Shown: positions 53,935 to 64,000 of the stretch, piece by piece
Position numbering within the stretch: position 1 is the first letter of the stretch
Layout of the letters: every line of letters starts with the position of its first letter
Assembly (NCBI GenBank): GCA_951406725.2
Contig: OX597840.1
Span: 23,312,001-23,376,000 of the forward strand
Length of the DNA stretch: 64,000 nt
Direction: 5' to 3'
Origin: Octopus vulgaris
Taxonomy: Eukaryota
Made by a program: the position numbers and the translations under genes
The notes under the pieces: model-generated
What the model was told of the DNA's origin: nothing
What the model saw: the letters and a program-made list of their open reading frames with translations, nothing else
Databases searched by the model: none

Positions 53935-54327
53935 ATTGTCCCTTTTTTTAATAAAGGACTCATGAAATTGTAAGATGCATTTGGAGTCAGGATTTTGCTT
54001 GTTGAGCCGACTCTACTCTTTGGGGTTTATAAAATATTAATGTTGATGATGATAATAATAATAATAATGATTTTTTTTTTGTATTTTTAAGTACAAAACC
54101 TGAAATTTGTAGGAAGGGGACGAGTTAATTTCAGGGACTCGAGTGCTCTACTGCTTATTTTATTTACCTCGAAAGGATGGAAGTCATACTTTGAAAGGAA
54201 AGACGTTTGGGGCACCAACTCATGACAGACGAAATATAAAGAGGGACCTTCACTGTGGGCTAGCTAGGAAGCTGGTCTTCAGAGAAGGGACTCCTGGTTA
54301 GGTGGGAGGGGCATCTGGATGCTCAAA

Positions 54328-54785
54328 TGTATGTATGTATGTGTGTGTATGTATGTGTGTATATGTATGTACGTATGTATGTATGTATGTATGTGTGTAT
54401 GTACGAATGTATGTATGTATGTACGTATATGTATGTATGTATGTGTATGCACATACGTACGCATGTGCGTATGTATGTATACGCACACGTATGCATGTGC
54501 CCATGTATGTGTGTGCGTACATGTACGTGCGTATGTACGTCTGTATGCCCATACGTAGGTATGTATTTACTCATGTGCTACGTATGTATGTGAGTGTCTA
54601 GGAGAATGGGCAGACGCGTCTGTGAGAGTGTGTACATGTGTATGTGTATGTGAACGTATGTCCGTGTACTGGTATGTGTCCGTCCAAGTTGTGTACATGA
54701 CTGTTACTTGGTTGAAGGTTGTATACATACACACATATGTTTGTATAGACGCACACACACACATATATATGTGTGGGTGTGTGTT
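54328..54785. repeat. Degenerate (GTAT)n/(GT)n satellite
   Basis: Seen directly. Confidence 0.9.
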
Positions 54786-54879
54786 TGTTCCTCTCATCAC
54801 CGTCTAACTGTGAATGGATGCAACGTTTAGGTGCAACTGTGCACATGTAACCATATCCATATACGCAAGTACACACAAT

Positions 54880-56550
54880 CATATAGGTACAGGGGGCATA
54901 TACCGTTTTCGTCGTCCCTTAGAATGCGTCCGAATCTAGCTTTCGCTCTCTTGTACACTCGTCTTGTGTATATCCGGAGCGTTGCATTCAGAATATGTAG
55001 TGCTGGATGTGTTGTTGTCGTTCTTGTGGTTGGCATAGTGGTGATACATTCCTCATTGCTCTAATTAAGTCTGCCACTAGGATGTTGAGTTTGGCAGTTT
55101 TCGACATAGCTGAGTCACTACGGATTACTAGTGGATTAGCCATCGGTTTATGATAGTGTGAGTGGAGTATACAGGGTTTTATGGTTCCATTAACCATAGC
55201 ATCTTCTATCCATAGCTCAGTATCTAGGACGGGTAATCGTTTACTGGGGTGTTTAGAGGGTTAGTCTATGGTAACTTTTATACTACTGTGGATAGAGTAA
55301 GCTATGTGTTGTATAGATGTCATCACCTGTTCTTCATTTGGTAGAGGGCCCATAACTGTGTCTGTATTATATTTCACAACAAGGTTAATGTCGTCGACGT
55401 AACGAGAGTACATAGCCAAGTGGATGTTACGGTTTGCTAAGCACTGTTTAAAATGTTTGTCCCACCATACCATGAAGAGGTTTGCAACGTCACCGGCAAT
55501 CCCCACTCCAATAGCACCGCCTTTCGTCTGCTTATATAGTTTGTTGTCAAACTTAAAAATATGTGTTTTAGCGTAATTCTCAGGCTGACACCGATAGCAT
55601 GTGCGATGGTGGTTCTAATGTCGTGTGCATTTGAAGGTGGGTAGTCCGGTTTCGTCCATCCCTGCCAGCGCTCACAGTGAGTCTTCCTGTATGCTGAGGT
55701 AATGGTAGGTGGTCTACCTCGTTTGTTACGGGTGGGACAAGCATATAGAAGGTTAGTGCGCGACAGGTATTCATTGGTACACGTCAGGGCCAGGAAGAGC
55801 CCTAGTTCATATACATCCACATTCTTAAATATCATACCACTCTCACTAACCATTTCTATACATTTATCGACAGCAAAGTCTACATCGATGGAGGGATATA
55901 GTGATACCACATCCATGCTACCCACGATGTGGTTCCTGAGGTCACACGTGTTGTTGCATTTGCGGATCCTGCTAAGGAGGTCCTCAGTAATGTCACATAC
56001 ATCCGCAGATAGCTCTATTAATGGTCGTAGGAATTGTGAGAGAAAATATGATATTTTGTGGTTGTTTGCATTGTTGGCACCACAAACGGGTCGGGTGGGT
56101 GGCCCAAGTATATGATCCATGTGGCTCTTATGATCTTTGTGAAGGCCATATAGGGGTGGGATTTCGTTGTTGGTGGTTAAGAAGTTGTTAGCTGTGCGCT
56201 TCTCCGACTGGAGAATGATACTCCACATCCCCATGTGAGCATTAATGATTTTTCGTTCTCGATATATTCGAGTGTTGTAGTTTCTGTCATGTCTCTGATG
56301 TGTGGTTGCATGTTCGAAATGTAATTAGGTATGTTGTCAACAGACATCCTACCTGATTTGTCAGTTGGGAAACATACAATCTCTCTGTGTTTGATGCGAT
56401 TTTTTAATTTGTTAAGGGCTTTCTTAACTTTGGTGTTAAGATCGTGGGTCTTATTTACTGATCGTTCTTGTATATGCCTTTGGGTGTAATTAGAGAAGTC
56501 TGATAGAAGCTTGGATTTAGTAAGGGTAAACTTCGCTTCCAAAGCAGCGT
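54880..56550 (-). mobile_element. Penelope-like retroelement RT, frameshifted
   Basis: PTDKSGR, PPLYGLHKDHK, PTRPVCGA, SMDVVSLYPSID, GIAGDVANLFMVWWD, RYVDDIN, HYHKPMANPLVIRSDSAM. Confidence 0.85.
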
Positions 56551-56677
56551 CAGTATAGGGTGATCAGTTTTACCCATTCAGAAAACGGGATTTTGTGCGT
56601 GACACCACATGAAGTGAACTGAAAACAAATGAAATATTTACGGGATTCTTCTTTGCGTACGCCATATGAACACTCGT

Positions 56678-57345
56678 ATTAAGTTGTCCAGAAAGGTCTG
56701 AGTGTTTTTTTGAAGCTAAATTTTTCAATGCTTCAATAAATCCACCAGAAACGTAACAGAGTTAAAACTTTGGCGTTGCTCAAAGTGGTAGTGCATCTCG
56801 TCTTTGTTCCTCACCAAAATTCCGTTTATCTTTCATTCTGGTTACCCTTTAATGATATTCGAAATGGATAACCAAACATTTTATATTCACTTTGTAATAT
56901 TTTTCTTAAAAATAAATAAATGTGAAAATGCTGCAAACACTTTCAAAAACATTTGTAAAGTTTATAATGATGCTGCAGGTGAATCAACTGTTCGAAGCTG
57001 GTTTGCAAAACTTGAAACTGGAGAGTTTAGCTTGGAAAACAACAGTCGCAGTGGAAGATCTTCAAAATTGGATGTGGATGTTTTGAAGGCAAAAATCGAA
57101 GAAAACTCCAATATCAAGACTAAAGATCTTGCAGAGGAGTTGAAAGTTCTTCAAAGTATGGCTGATGAACACCTCGTGAAGCTAGGATACATTTCTTGCT
57201 ATAATGTAATGGGTCCCTCACAAACTCTCAGAAAAGGATTGCTCGGAGCAGTATTCTGTTTGTGATGTGTTTTTGAAATGGAATGAAAGCCTGCCTTTTT
57301 TTAAACGACTTGTGACTGGAGATGAAAAGTTATCCATTGAAAAGT
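56678..57345 (+). mobile_element. mariner element, 5' part
   Basis: HTH region NICKVY..STVRSWFAK..RSGR, then WVPHKL and KRLVTGDEK in other frames. Confidence 0.85.
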
Positions 57346-58111
57346 GAAAGAATTTGGGAAACGATGATCACTTAATGCATTTTATATATAAATTTATATA
57401 CTTTATACACACTTTTATAGACTTAATACACAGCAATCATAAAATATTCACTCTTATTTTTCACTTCTCCTATAAACAGAAAAAACTTTGCATGGTCACA
57501 ATTTTTTATCTAAAAACCGAAAATTGTATAGTAAATACATTATTCTCTATGTAAAATATAGGGGTCACAATTTCATGTGGGTAAAAGTTTAACACAACAT
57601 GGCATACACTTAAAACCACATCAGTGGTAACTTATAAGCCAAGGCAATGTGTCACATTTTAATTTGTAGGAAATATAAAAATCTTGTTTAATTAAAATAA
57701 TTACTTTGCCCTACGCACCCACCAGCACTGATGGACAGAAGCATGGAAAAGTGAATGTTAAATGATGATGACTATCAGCATTGTAGTGATATGGTTCCTC
57801 ATTCCGTATGAATGCATTTATGATTTCATAATTGATCATTTTCATAGATTGATTCAACACAAATATCAAGAGCATTGACAGAGGAGGGTGAATTAATTAT
57901 ACACAGTCATAGTAATATGAAAAATATTACATCTTTCATATTAATATGACTGCATAATTAATTCACCATTTTCAAAGAATGATTAAGCACTGATATCACA
58001 GTGATACGATTTCCCTTGTCTGTCAATGTTCTTCTGATTCGTTAATGGATCGTTTCAAGTGAAAGATTTTCTATAGATATCCCAGTAATATAGTTTCTAT
58101 TTTCTGTGGAT

Positions 58112-58480
58112 GTCATCATCATCGTTTAACGTCCGCTTTCCATGCTAGCATGGGTTGGACAGTTCAAGTAGGGTCTGGGAAGCCTGAAGGCTGCACAAGG
58201 CCAGTCTGATCTGGCAGCGTTTCTACAGCTGGATGCCCTTCCTAACGCCAACCACTCCGTGAGTGTACTGGTGCTTTTTACGTGCCACTAACACAGGTGC
58301 CAGGTGAGGCTGGGAACGTCTGGCAACAGCCACGATCGGATGGTGTTTGCTACGTGCTACCAGGACGGAGGCCAGCTGATGCGGTGCTGGCTACGGCCAC
58401 GTTCAGATGGTTCTCTTATGTGCCACCGGCACTGGTACCACAACTACAAAGTCCATTGATGTTGATCGATTTCAATTTGA
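58112..58480 (-). mobile_element. Short retroposon family D inserted in the 3' region of gene 8
   Basis: CATCATCATCGTTTAACGTCCGCTTTCCATGCTAGCATGGGTTGGAC..GCTGGATGCCCTTCCTAACGCCAACC. Confidence 0.75.
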
Positions 58481-58782
58481 TTTTATGAGATACGAGCTTG
58501 TCCTTTTGAGATGTTATAAACAAATATCAGTGTTACGGATCCACTTCATAAGGAATGCACTTGTGTTTAACTAAGCAAGGATATTGTGAGAATTGTTTAC
58601 CACACATATCACAGTGATTAGGATTTTTTTACAGAACGAATAAACTTGTCTAGTTAAATGCCAACTTTCAGAAAATGATTTACCACAGATATCAAGGGAT
58701 ATGGTTTGTCCCCTGTATGAATACGCTTGTGAATAGCTAAGCTATGAGCACGAGGGAATGATTTACCACGCATATCGCAGTG

Positions 58783-59484
58783 CTATGGTTTCTCTCCTGA
58801 ATGAACCCGTTTGTGTCGATTTAAGTAACTGCCATCAGAGAATGATTTACCACAGATATCACAGTAATATGCTTTCTCTCCTGTATGAAATAGTTTGTGT
58901 GCAGTCAAGTTACTGCCAACAGAGAATGATTTACCACAGATACTACAGTGATATGGTTTCTCCATTGTATGAATATGTTTGTGGTCTGTTAAGTTACTAC
59001 TTTCAGAGAATGATTTATCACAGATATCACAGTGGAATGGCTTCTCACCTGTATGAATACGTTTGTGCTTAGTTAAGCTACCGCTATGAGAGAATGATCT
59101 TCCACAGATATCACAGGTATATGGTTTCTCTCCTGTATGGATACGTGTGTGTTGAGTTAAGCTATCGCTTTGAGAGAATGATTTACCACAGATATCACAG
59201 GTATATGGTTTCTCTCCTGTATGAATACGTTTGTGTTTCGATAAGCTACTGCCACCAGATAAAAATTTACCACAAATATCACAGTGATATTGTTTCTCCC
59301 CAGTGTGAATACGTTTGTGTCTAGTTAAGTTACTGCCAACAGAGAATGATTTACCACAGATATCACAGTGATATGGTTTCTCCCTTTTATGAATTTGTTT
59401 GTGTTGATTGAATTTACTTTCTTCTAAGAATGACTCTTTGCAGATGTCACAGTCATATGATGATTCTCTTAATTCTTCCGACAT
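58783..59484 (-). CDS. C2H2 zinc-finger protein (gene 8), 8 fingers
   Basis: 233-aa ORF with the constant N-terminus; ends EKP* (TAG) with decayed fingers beyond. Confidence 0.85.
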   Translation of the reverse strand: MSEELRESSYDCDICKESFLEESKFNQHKQIHKREKPYHCDICGKSFSVGSNLTRHKRIHTGEKQYHCDICGKFLSGGSSLSKHKRIHTGEKPYTCDICGKSFSQSDSLTQHTRIHTGEKPYTCDICGRSFSHSGSLTKHKRIHTGEKPFHCDICDKSFSESSNLTDHKHIHTMEKPYHCSICGKSFSVGSNLTAHKLFHTGEKAYYCDICGKSFSDGSYLNRHKRVHSGEKP

Positions 59485-59913
59485 TTCTTCAAGGAAAATA
59501 TAATCAATCCTTCAAGTTGTACAGATCAACAACTTTTCAAAAATATTTCTCCTCTCACCAAAATTTATGGATATTTTTCTTCTTTTTGCTTTTATAGTTT
59601 ATTCCAAACAAATTTCACTTCTCTTACATTTCTTCTAAATGTGATCAATGCCAATATTTAAAAATGTCACAAATACTCTTTGGAAATCTATCAAAGTATA
59701 TTTAAAAGAGAAAATTATCTCTTGCACATTTCAGACACAGAAGTAAAGAAATGCTTTCTATCTCAGAGGAAATATTTTACTGTAATTCAGCGATGTTTTA
59801 TAGAAGCAGGATTATACGTTTGTCGAATATCTTTGCAGAGTCTTTCAAACATGATACATATTGATGATTCTTTAAAAGTAAAAAATACTTTTTAGCCAAT
59901 TTCATGTGATTTT
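59485..59913 (-). promoter_or_regulatory. Acceptor and conserved leader of gene 8
   Basis: TTTTCGTTCAG|AAAATC on the minus strand; 429 nt to ATG. Confidence 0.7.
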
Positions 59914-60430
59914 CTGAACGAAAAGAAAAAATAATATAAGACATAGAATACGTTTAAAAGGTAGATATTCAAAAGTGCAAATTTATAACTCTTCTATTTT
60001 GCTAAATTGTAGAAGTATTAAACTTATCCAATCTCATCATTTTTAAGAAGTTTCTATCATAGAGTGGACACATGTATTATAATAACAACTCCTAGACACA
60101 CCAATGAAGCAGGAAAATCTGTGACAATTTATTAATGTGAACACAAAGAGTGGTAGAACCAACTGCAGTACAGAAAAGGACATTACATGAATTTTATTAT
60201 GAACACCCGGGGATGTCATGACTGAAAGCTTTGATGGGGAGTCATGTGTCCTATTTTTTCCAGTAATAACGTATCCTATTAATTAGATTGTGCACTCGAA
60301 ATACTGAAACGAAAATAACACCTCCTGGACATTGCGTCTGTCCTAGACACACACCAATATACATGTCAATGACACAGGCAGGGGCTCTCTCATTGGTTCG
60401 ATTGCGTGATGAGATTTTTTAACACATATA

Positions 60431-60813
60431 GGATCTTTTCGGTTTGAACGGCAGTTTTTAACATAATTTCTAGGTAACTAAAAAATGTTAAACTTCGTAT
60501 ACTGGTAGAATGTGTTTATAAAACATCTTTTTCTCTTGGCTTTATTGAGAAAATTCTATACTTTGTAAGATATCTGTTGTTTTTTCTTCAATTTCTGAAA
60601 TTTCAATCAATCAATGACGTCCATTGAGGTAAAAAAAAAAACATTCTGTGCTGTATGAATATGTCCCTCGTTTAAGAAACAGATTGGGTTTATTTACATT
60701 TGTGAAGAAAAAAAGATACCCTTCCTCCCAACCGTCGCCCTAAAACAGATTGAAATGCAATAGATCGATACTAGGGTCATAATTATGGGTGACAATTTCA
60801 TATGACACCGCTA
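60431..60813. mobile_element. Merlin-like MITE lacking one TIR
   Basis: GGATCTTTTCGGTTTGAACGGCAG start; matches 43044-43415. Confidence 0.8.
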
Positions 60814-60869
60814 GAGTATAAAGACAAGACTTAGTTCCTCTTGTTCAGAGTTAATTCTTCCTCATTGTC

Positions 60870-63800
60870 TCGGTACACCTCTTTCATCTGCGTTTTGAGA
60901 ATTTTGCTGCCTTTTGTTGAGAGAGTTCGATTTTTGTTCATCGTTGTTTGTGAATTGTTACTCGTGAATTGAACTGTTGTCCGTTGTGTAACAGTAATTT
61001 TCGCCCTACGGGGCAGAAAATTCTGTGTTTAAACATTGTCATTACCTTCGAGGTAATATTTTTGAAACATTTTTTGAGAAATGGATTTCGACTTGGCGTC
61101 GAAGAGTGACTTTCCCGTGATGGGAAAAGGTGAACCAAAGGATACCGAAGTCAAAAAACAGTCTTTTTCGGCCGCAGTGGGCGGAACCATAACGGATGTA
61201 GAATTTAAGATTGAACAGTTATTCGAATTTCGGAACTTAGTAAAAATGGAAGGCAATGAAATTAAACTGGTACCGCCGCAAGCGAAGTTACAGGAAATAA
61301 AGGCAAAGACAGTTATATACAAAGTTTATAGCTACAAAGAATATGGGGAAAAGAACAGCTAAACTACTGGTAGAGGATATACCGAGAGGGTATGACATAA
61401 TGTGGGTAGCAGCGGCGGTCCTGCACAATGTAGAGCGGGAAATTTCGATTCTGCAGATGAGAAGGAAAGAGGAGGTACGCTGGAAGGGACAGACGCTAGA
61501 ACTCCTCGTTCAAGCAGAAAATAAGATACTGGAAAACTTACCCGATAGGGTATTTAATGAGGATGGAACTTCAATGAGAGTGTCAGTGGAGGGGCGCAGA
61601 CCTAGGTGCTTTAAATGTGGCGAAAAAGGTCACGTTCGCTCAAACTGTTTAAAAAAAAAGAAAATCAACGAAGCCCCTCCTCAAAGTGCTTCAAACACTG
61701 AAAGTGAGAAGGCGGAGAAAGAACCCAAGACAGCGATAAGGAAAGAAACCGAAACGGAGGATTTTAATGAACAAATGGAATATACACAAGTGACACACAA
61801 AAGAAAAAAAGATAACACCCTGGACTCCCCTCCCCAAACAAGGAAAAAATCAGCAAACACCGCAGACATACACACAAAGCAAATTCCCCAGCCCTACCCC
61901 CACGGCACTGTATTCATTGGAACACAGTTTGCCAAGCCCCTCCCCATAAAACAAGATTTGAAAAAATTTTTTTTTTAAAATGATAAAATTATAGCATTTG
62001 ACGAGAAGAACGATAGGGTGTACAAATATTTTAAATTTTCCAAATTTAAACTATTCAGCAAGGCTACAGACACAAAAGCAACTTCGCAAAAATAAAGGAA
62101 GACGAGTGGAAGGAGGAAACACTGCAAGAACATTTGAAGAATAGACTGATAAGAGACGTAACAAAAGAAGTACTGGAGGGTAAACTTATTATAACCCCGG
62201 CAACCACACCTACCCAGAGCCCGGTGGCAACGCCGGTTAAGAGCCCTGCAGCTACGACCACAAGGGAGGAAGAAGGGGAAGCGGGCAGATTTAAACTGTC
62301 ATGCTCCCTTTCTCAACCGTAAGTTCATTTATTTTTTCTCTCACTGACAATGGCTAAGCTGGGTTGTGTGAATGTACGTGGAATGGGGTCGAAATGGAAA
62401 CAAATTTGTTTCCTGAACGACCTCACGACACATGGAGTGGACATAGCTATTGCAACCGAGTCCAAGATGAACAGGGCCCAAGCGTTCTCGCCTCTTCTAA
62501 ATGGTTTCGAGAAATTTATTTCTCCTAGCCGAGGAAGAGGCAGAGGCGTGGCAGTCCTTATCAGGAAGAGCTTGGACTTGCAGGTAAGTACTGTCTTTCT
62601 GGACCCAGAAGGCAGGCTGGTTGTTCTGGATGTGACCCACGCAAGTAAACAGTCTTTCAGGTTGGTAGCTGTCTACGCTCCGAATGAGTGTAGGCAGGCG
62701 GGATTTTTTCGGAACCTGGAGCCCTTTTTAGCGACGTCGAAAACGGTAGTCTTAGTAGGGGACTTTAACACTGTCCTTGAAGCGCGGGTCGACAGTGTTG
62801 GCTCAACCAATAGGAAGGGAACCCTAGCCTCAAGGGTCTACTAGAGAGCTTTGATCTAGTGGACCGTTATCGACTGGATGAGTCGAGCGTTCCACAGTGG
62901 ACGTGGAGTAACAACGACGGCTCACACAGATCGTATATAGATAGGATATTCGTTAAGAAAAGAGATAAGGATACGTTTAGTTGTCCACAGTTTCACATTG
63001 TGCCTTACACGGATCACAAATTTGTGACGTGTAGGATGCAATTAGATAAGTGTCATAGACAGGGACCCGGGTACTGGAAGCTGAACAAGTCTATTTTGAA
63101 TTGTGAAGACTTCCGTACCCGGATTAAGGTGTTAGTACAGAGGGCATTGTGTGGCACCATCATTAACAATAGATGGTGGCACTCCCTCAAAAGAGCCATT
63201 CGTTCAGAGTCCATTAGATTTAGCAATCAGCTAAGATTAGATAGGTCTAGGATAGAGGACGATTTAGTTAAGAATCTAAACGAGGCAATGGAAGCTGGCT
63301 CTGCATCCGGAGTGATGGCGGCAAGGACGGTATTGTACCGTCACCTTAACTCCAAACACGAAGGTTGCAGAGTCAGAGCTAAGCTACGCGCTGGGAAACG
63401 AGAAGGTATTAACGTTGCCGGATGGGCCCGTTGAGTGGAGAGTCAGAGAGGTAACAAAGCCTCAATCAAGTCTTTCACTGACGAACAGGGACAAAAGATC
63501 TATGGACAGGAGGAGATGCAAAAGTTTCTTCACCAGCATTTCGCCCGCGTGTTCGGGGGTGGTGTGGCGCCGGAGTGGGGGAGGGCCTTAAAGGACTTCC
63601 TGGCCGGCGGACCACGGCTCTCAGGGCGTGAGGTGGAGTGCTGTGAAGAAGCGATCACTCCCACGGAGATAGAGGGGATACTGGCCGGATGCGCCGGGGT
63701 TGGATGGTCTGCCCTATGAGTTTTACCAAAGTATGCCGGACTTGTTCGGGGGAATATTGGAAGGCGTCTACACGAACTGGCAGCAGAATGGGAGAATTCC

Positions 63801-64000
63801 CAGTTCTGTAAGCCGGGGAGTGGTGACGCTAATCCAGAAAGACCCGAGCAAGGGGGATAACATTAGTAATTACAGGCCCATAACTCTACTTAATGTAGAG
63901 TTAAAGATTTTGGCCAAGGTGTTGGCAAAAAGGTTGACGGTTGTCGTGGAGAAACTTGTAGGGAAAGCAGACATGTGCAATTCCATGCAGGTCGATCCAG
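60870..64000 (+). mobile_element. L1/Tx1-group LINE (ORF1 + ORF2), disrupted, runs off the window end
   Basis: ORF1 61081-62322 with CFKCGEKGHVRSNC. ORF2 from 62350: APE endonuclease (NVRG, VYAPN, GDFN, IDRIF, TDH, GYWKLN), then the RT start (NYRPITLLNVELKILAKVLAKRL). Several frameshifts. Confidence 0.9.

Noticed and set aside
54815-54850. GTGCA/TGCAC stem followed by AAACGTTGCA on the minus strand, as a hammerhead of the Penelope element
   Set aside because: No CUGANGA box and GAAA is altered; at most a decayed remnant.

Overview
AT-rich, repeat-dense animal genomic DNA. The SINE families, (TA)n tracts and clustered effector-less C2H2 genes suggest an octopus/coleoid cephalopod, but this is an inference. 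The backbone is a tandem/inverted cluster of seven closely related C2H2 zinc-finger genes plus one divergent pseudogene. The seven share a duplicated architecture: an upstream promoter-like block (fragmentary or not seen for the first and last genes), an intron, a splice acceptor, a ~429-nt conserved non-coding leader, a near-invariant N-terminal finger, a variable finger array, a 3' region of decayed fingers plus an old SINE, and (in six) a shared AATAAA. Between the genes lie many transposons: SINEs, Tx1/L1-, RTE- and CR1/L2-type LINEs, Gypsy, Helitrons, mariner relics, MITEs and Penelope-like RT. Three things stand out. (1) A non-coding, hairpin-rich 475-bp tandem unit carrying a type I hammerhead ribozyme, arranged as a ~1.4-kb palindrome inside (TA)n at 47.85-49.3 kb (retrozyme/Penelope-pLTR-like). 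(2) An ORF1-only non-LTR element with a 16-bp TSD, nested in a SINE that is itself nested in a finger array. (3) A very young non-coding LTR element with 1134-bp LTRs around a 195-bp core.
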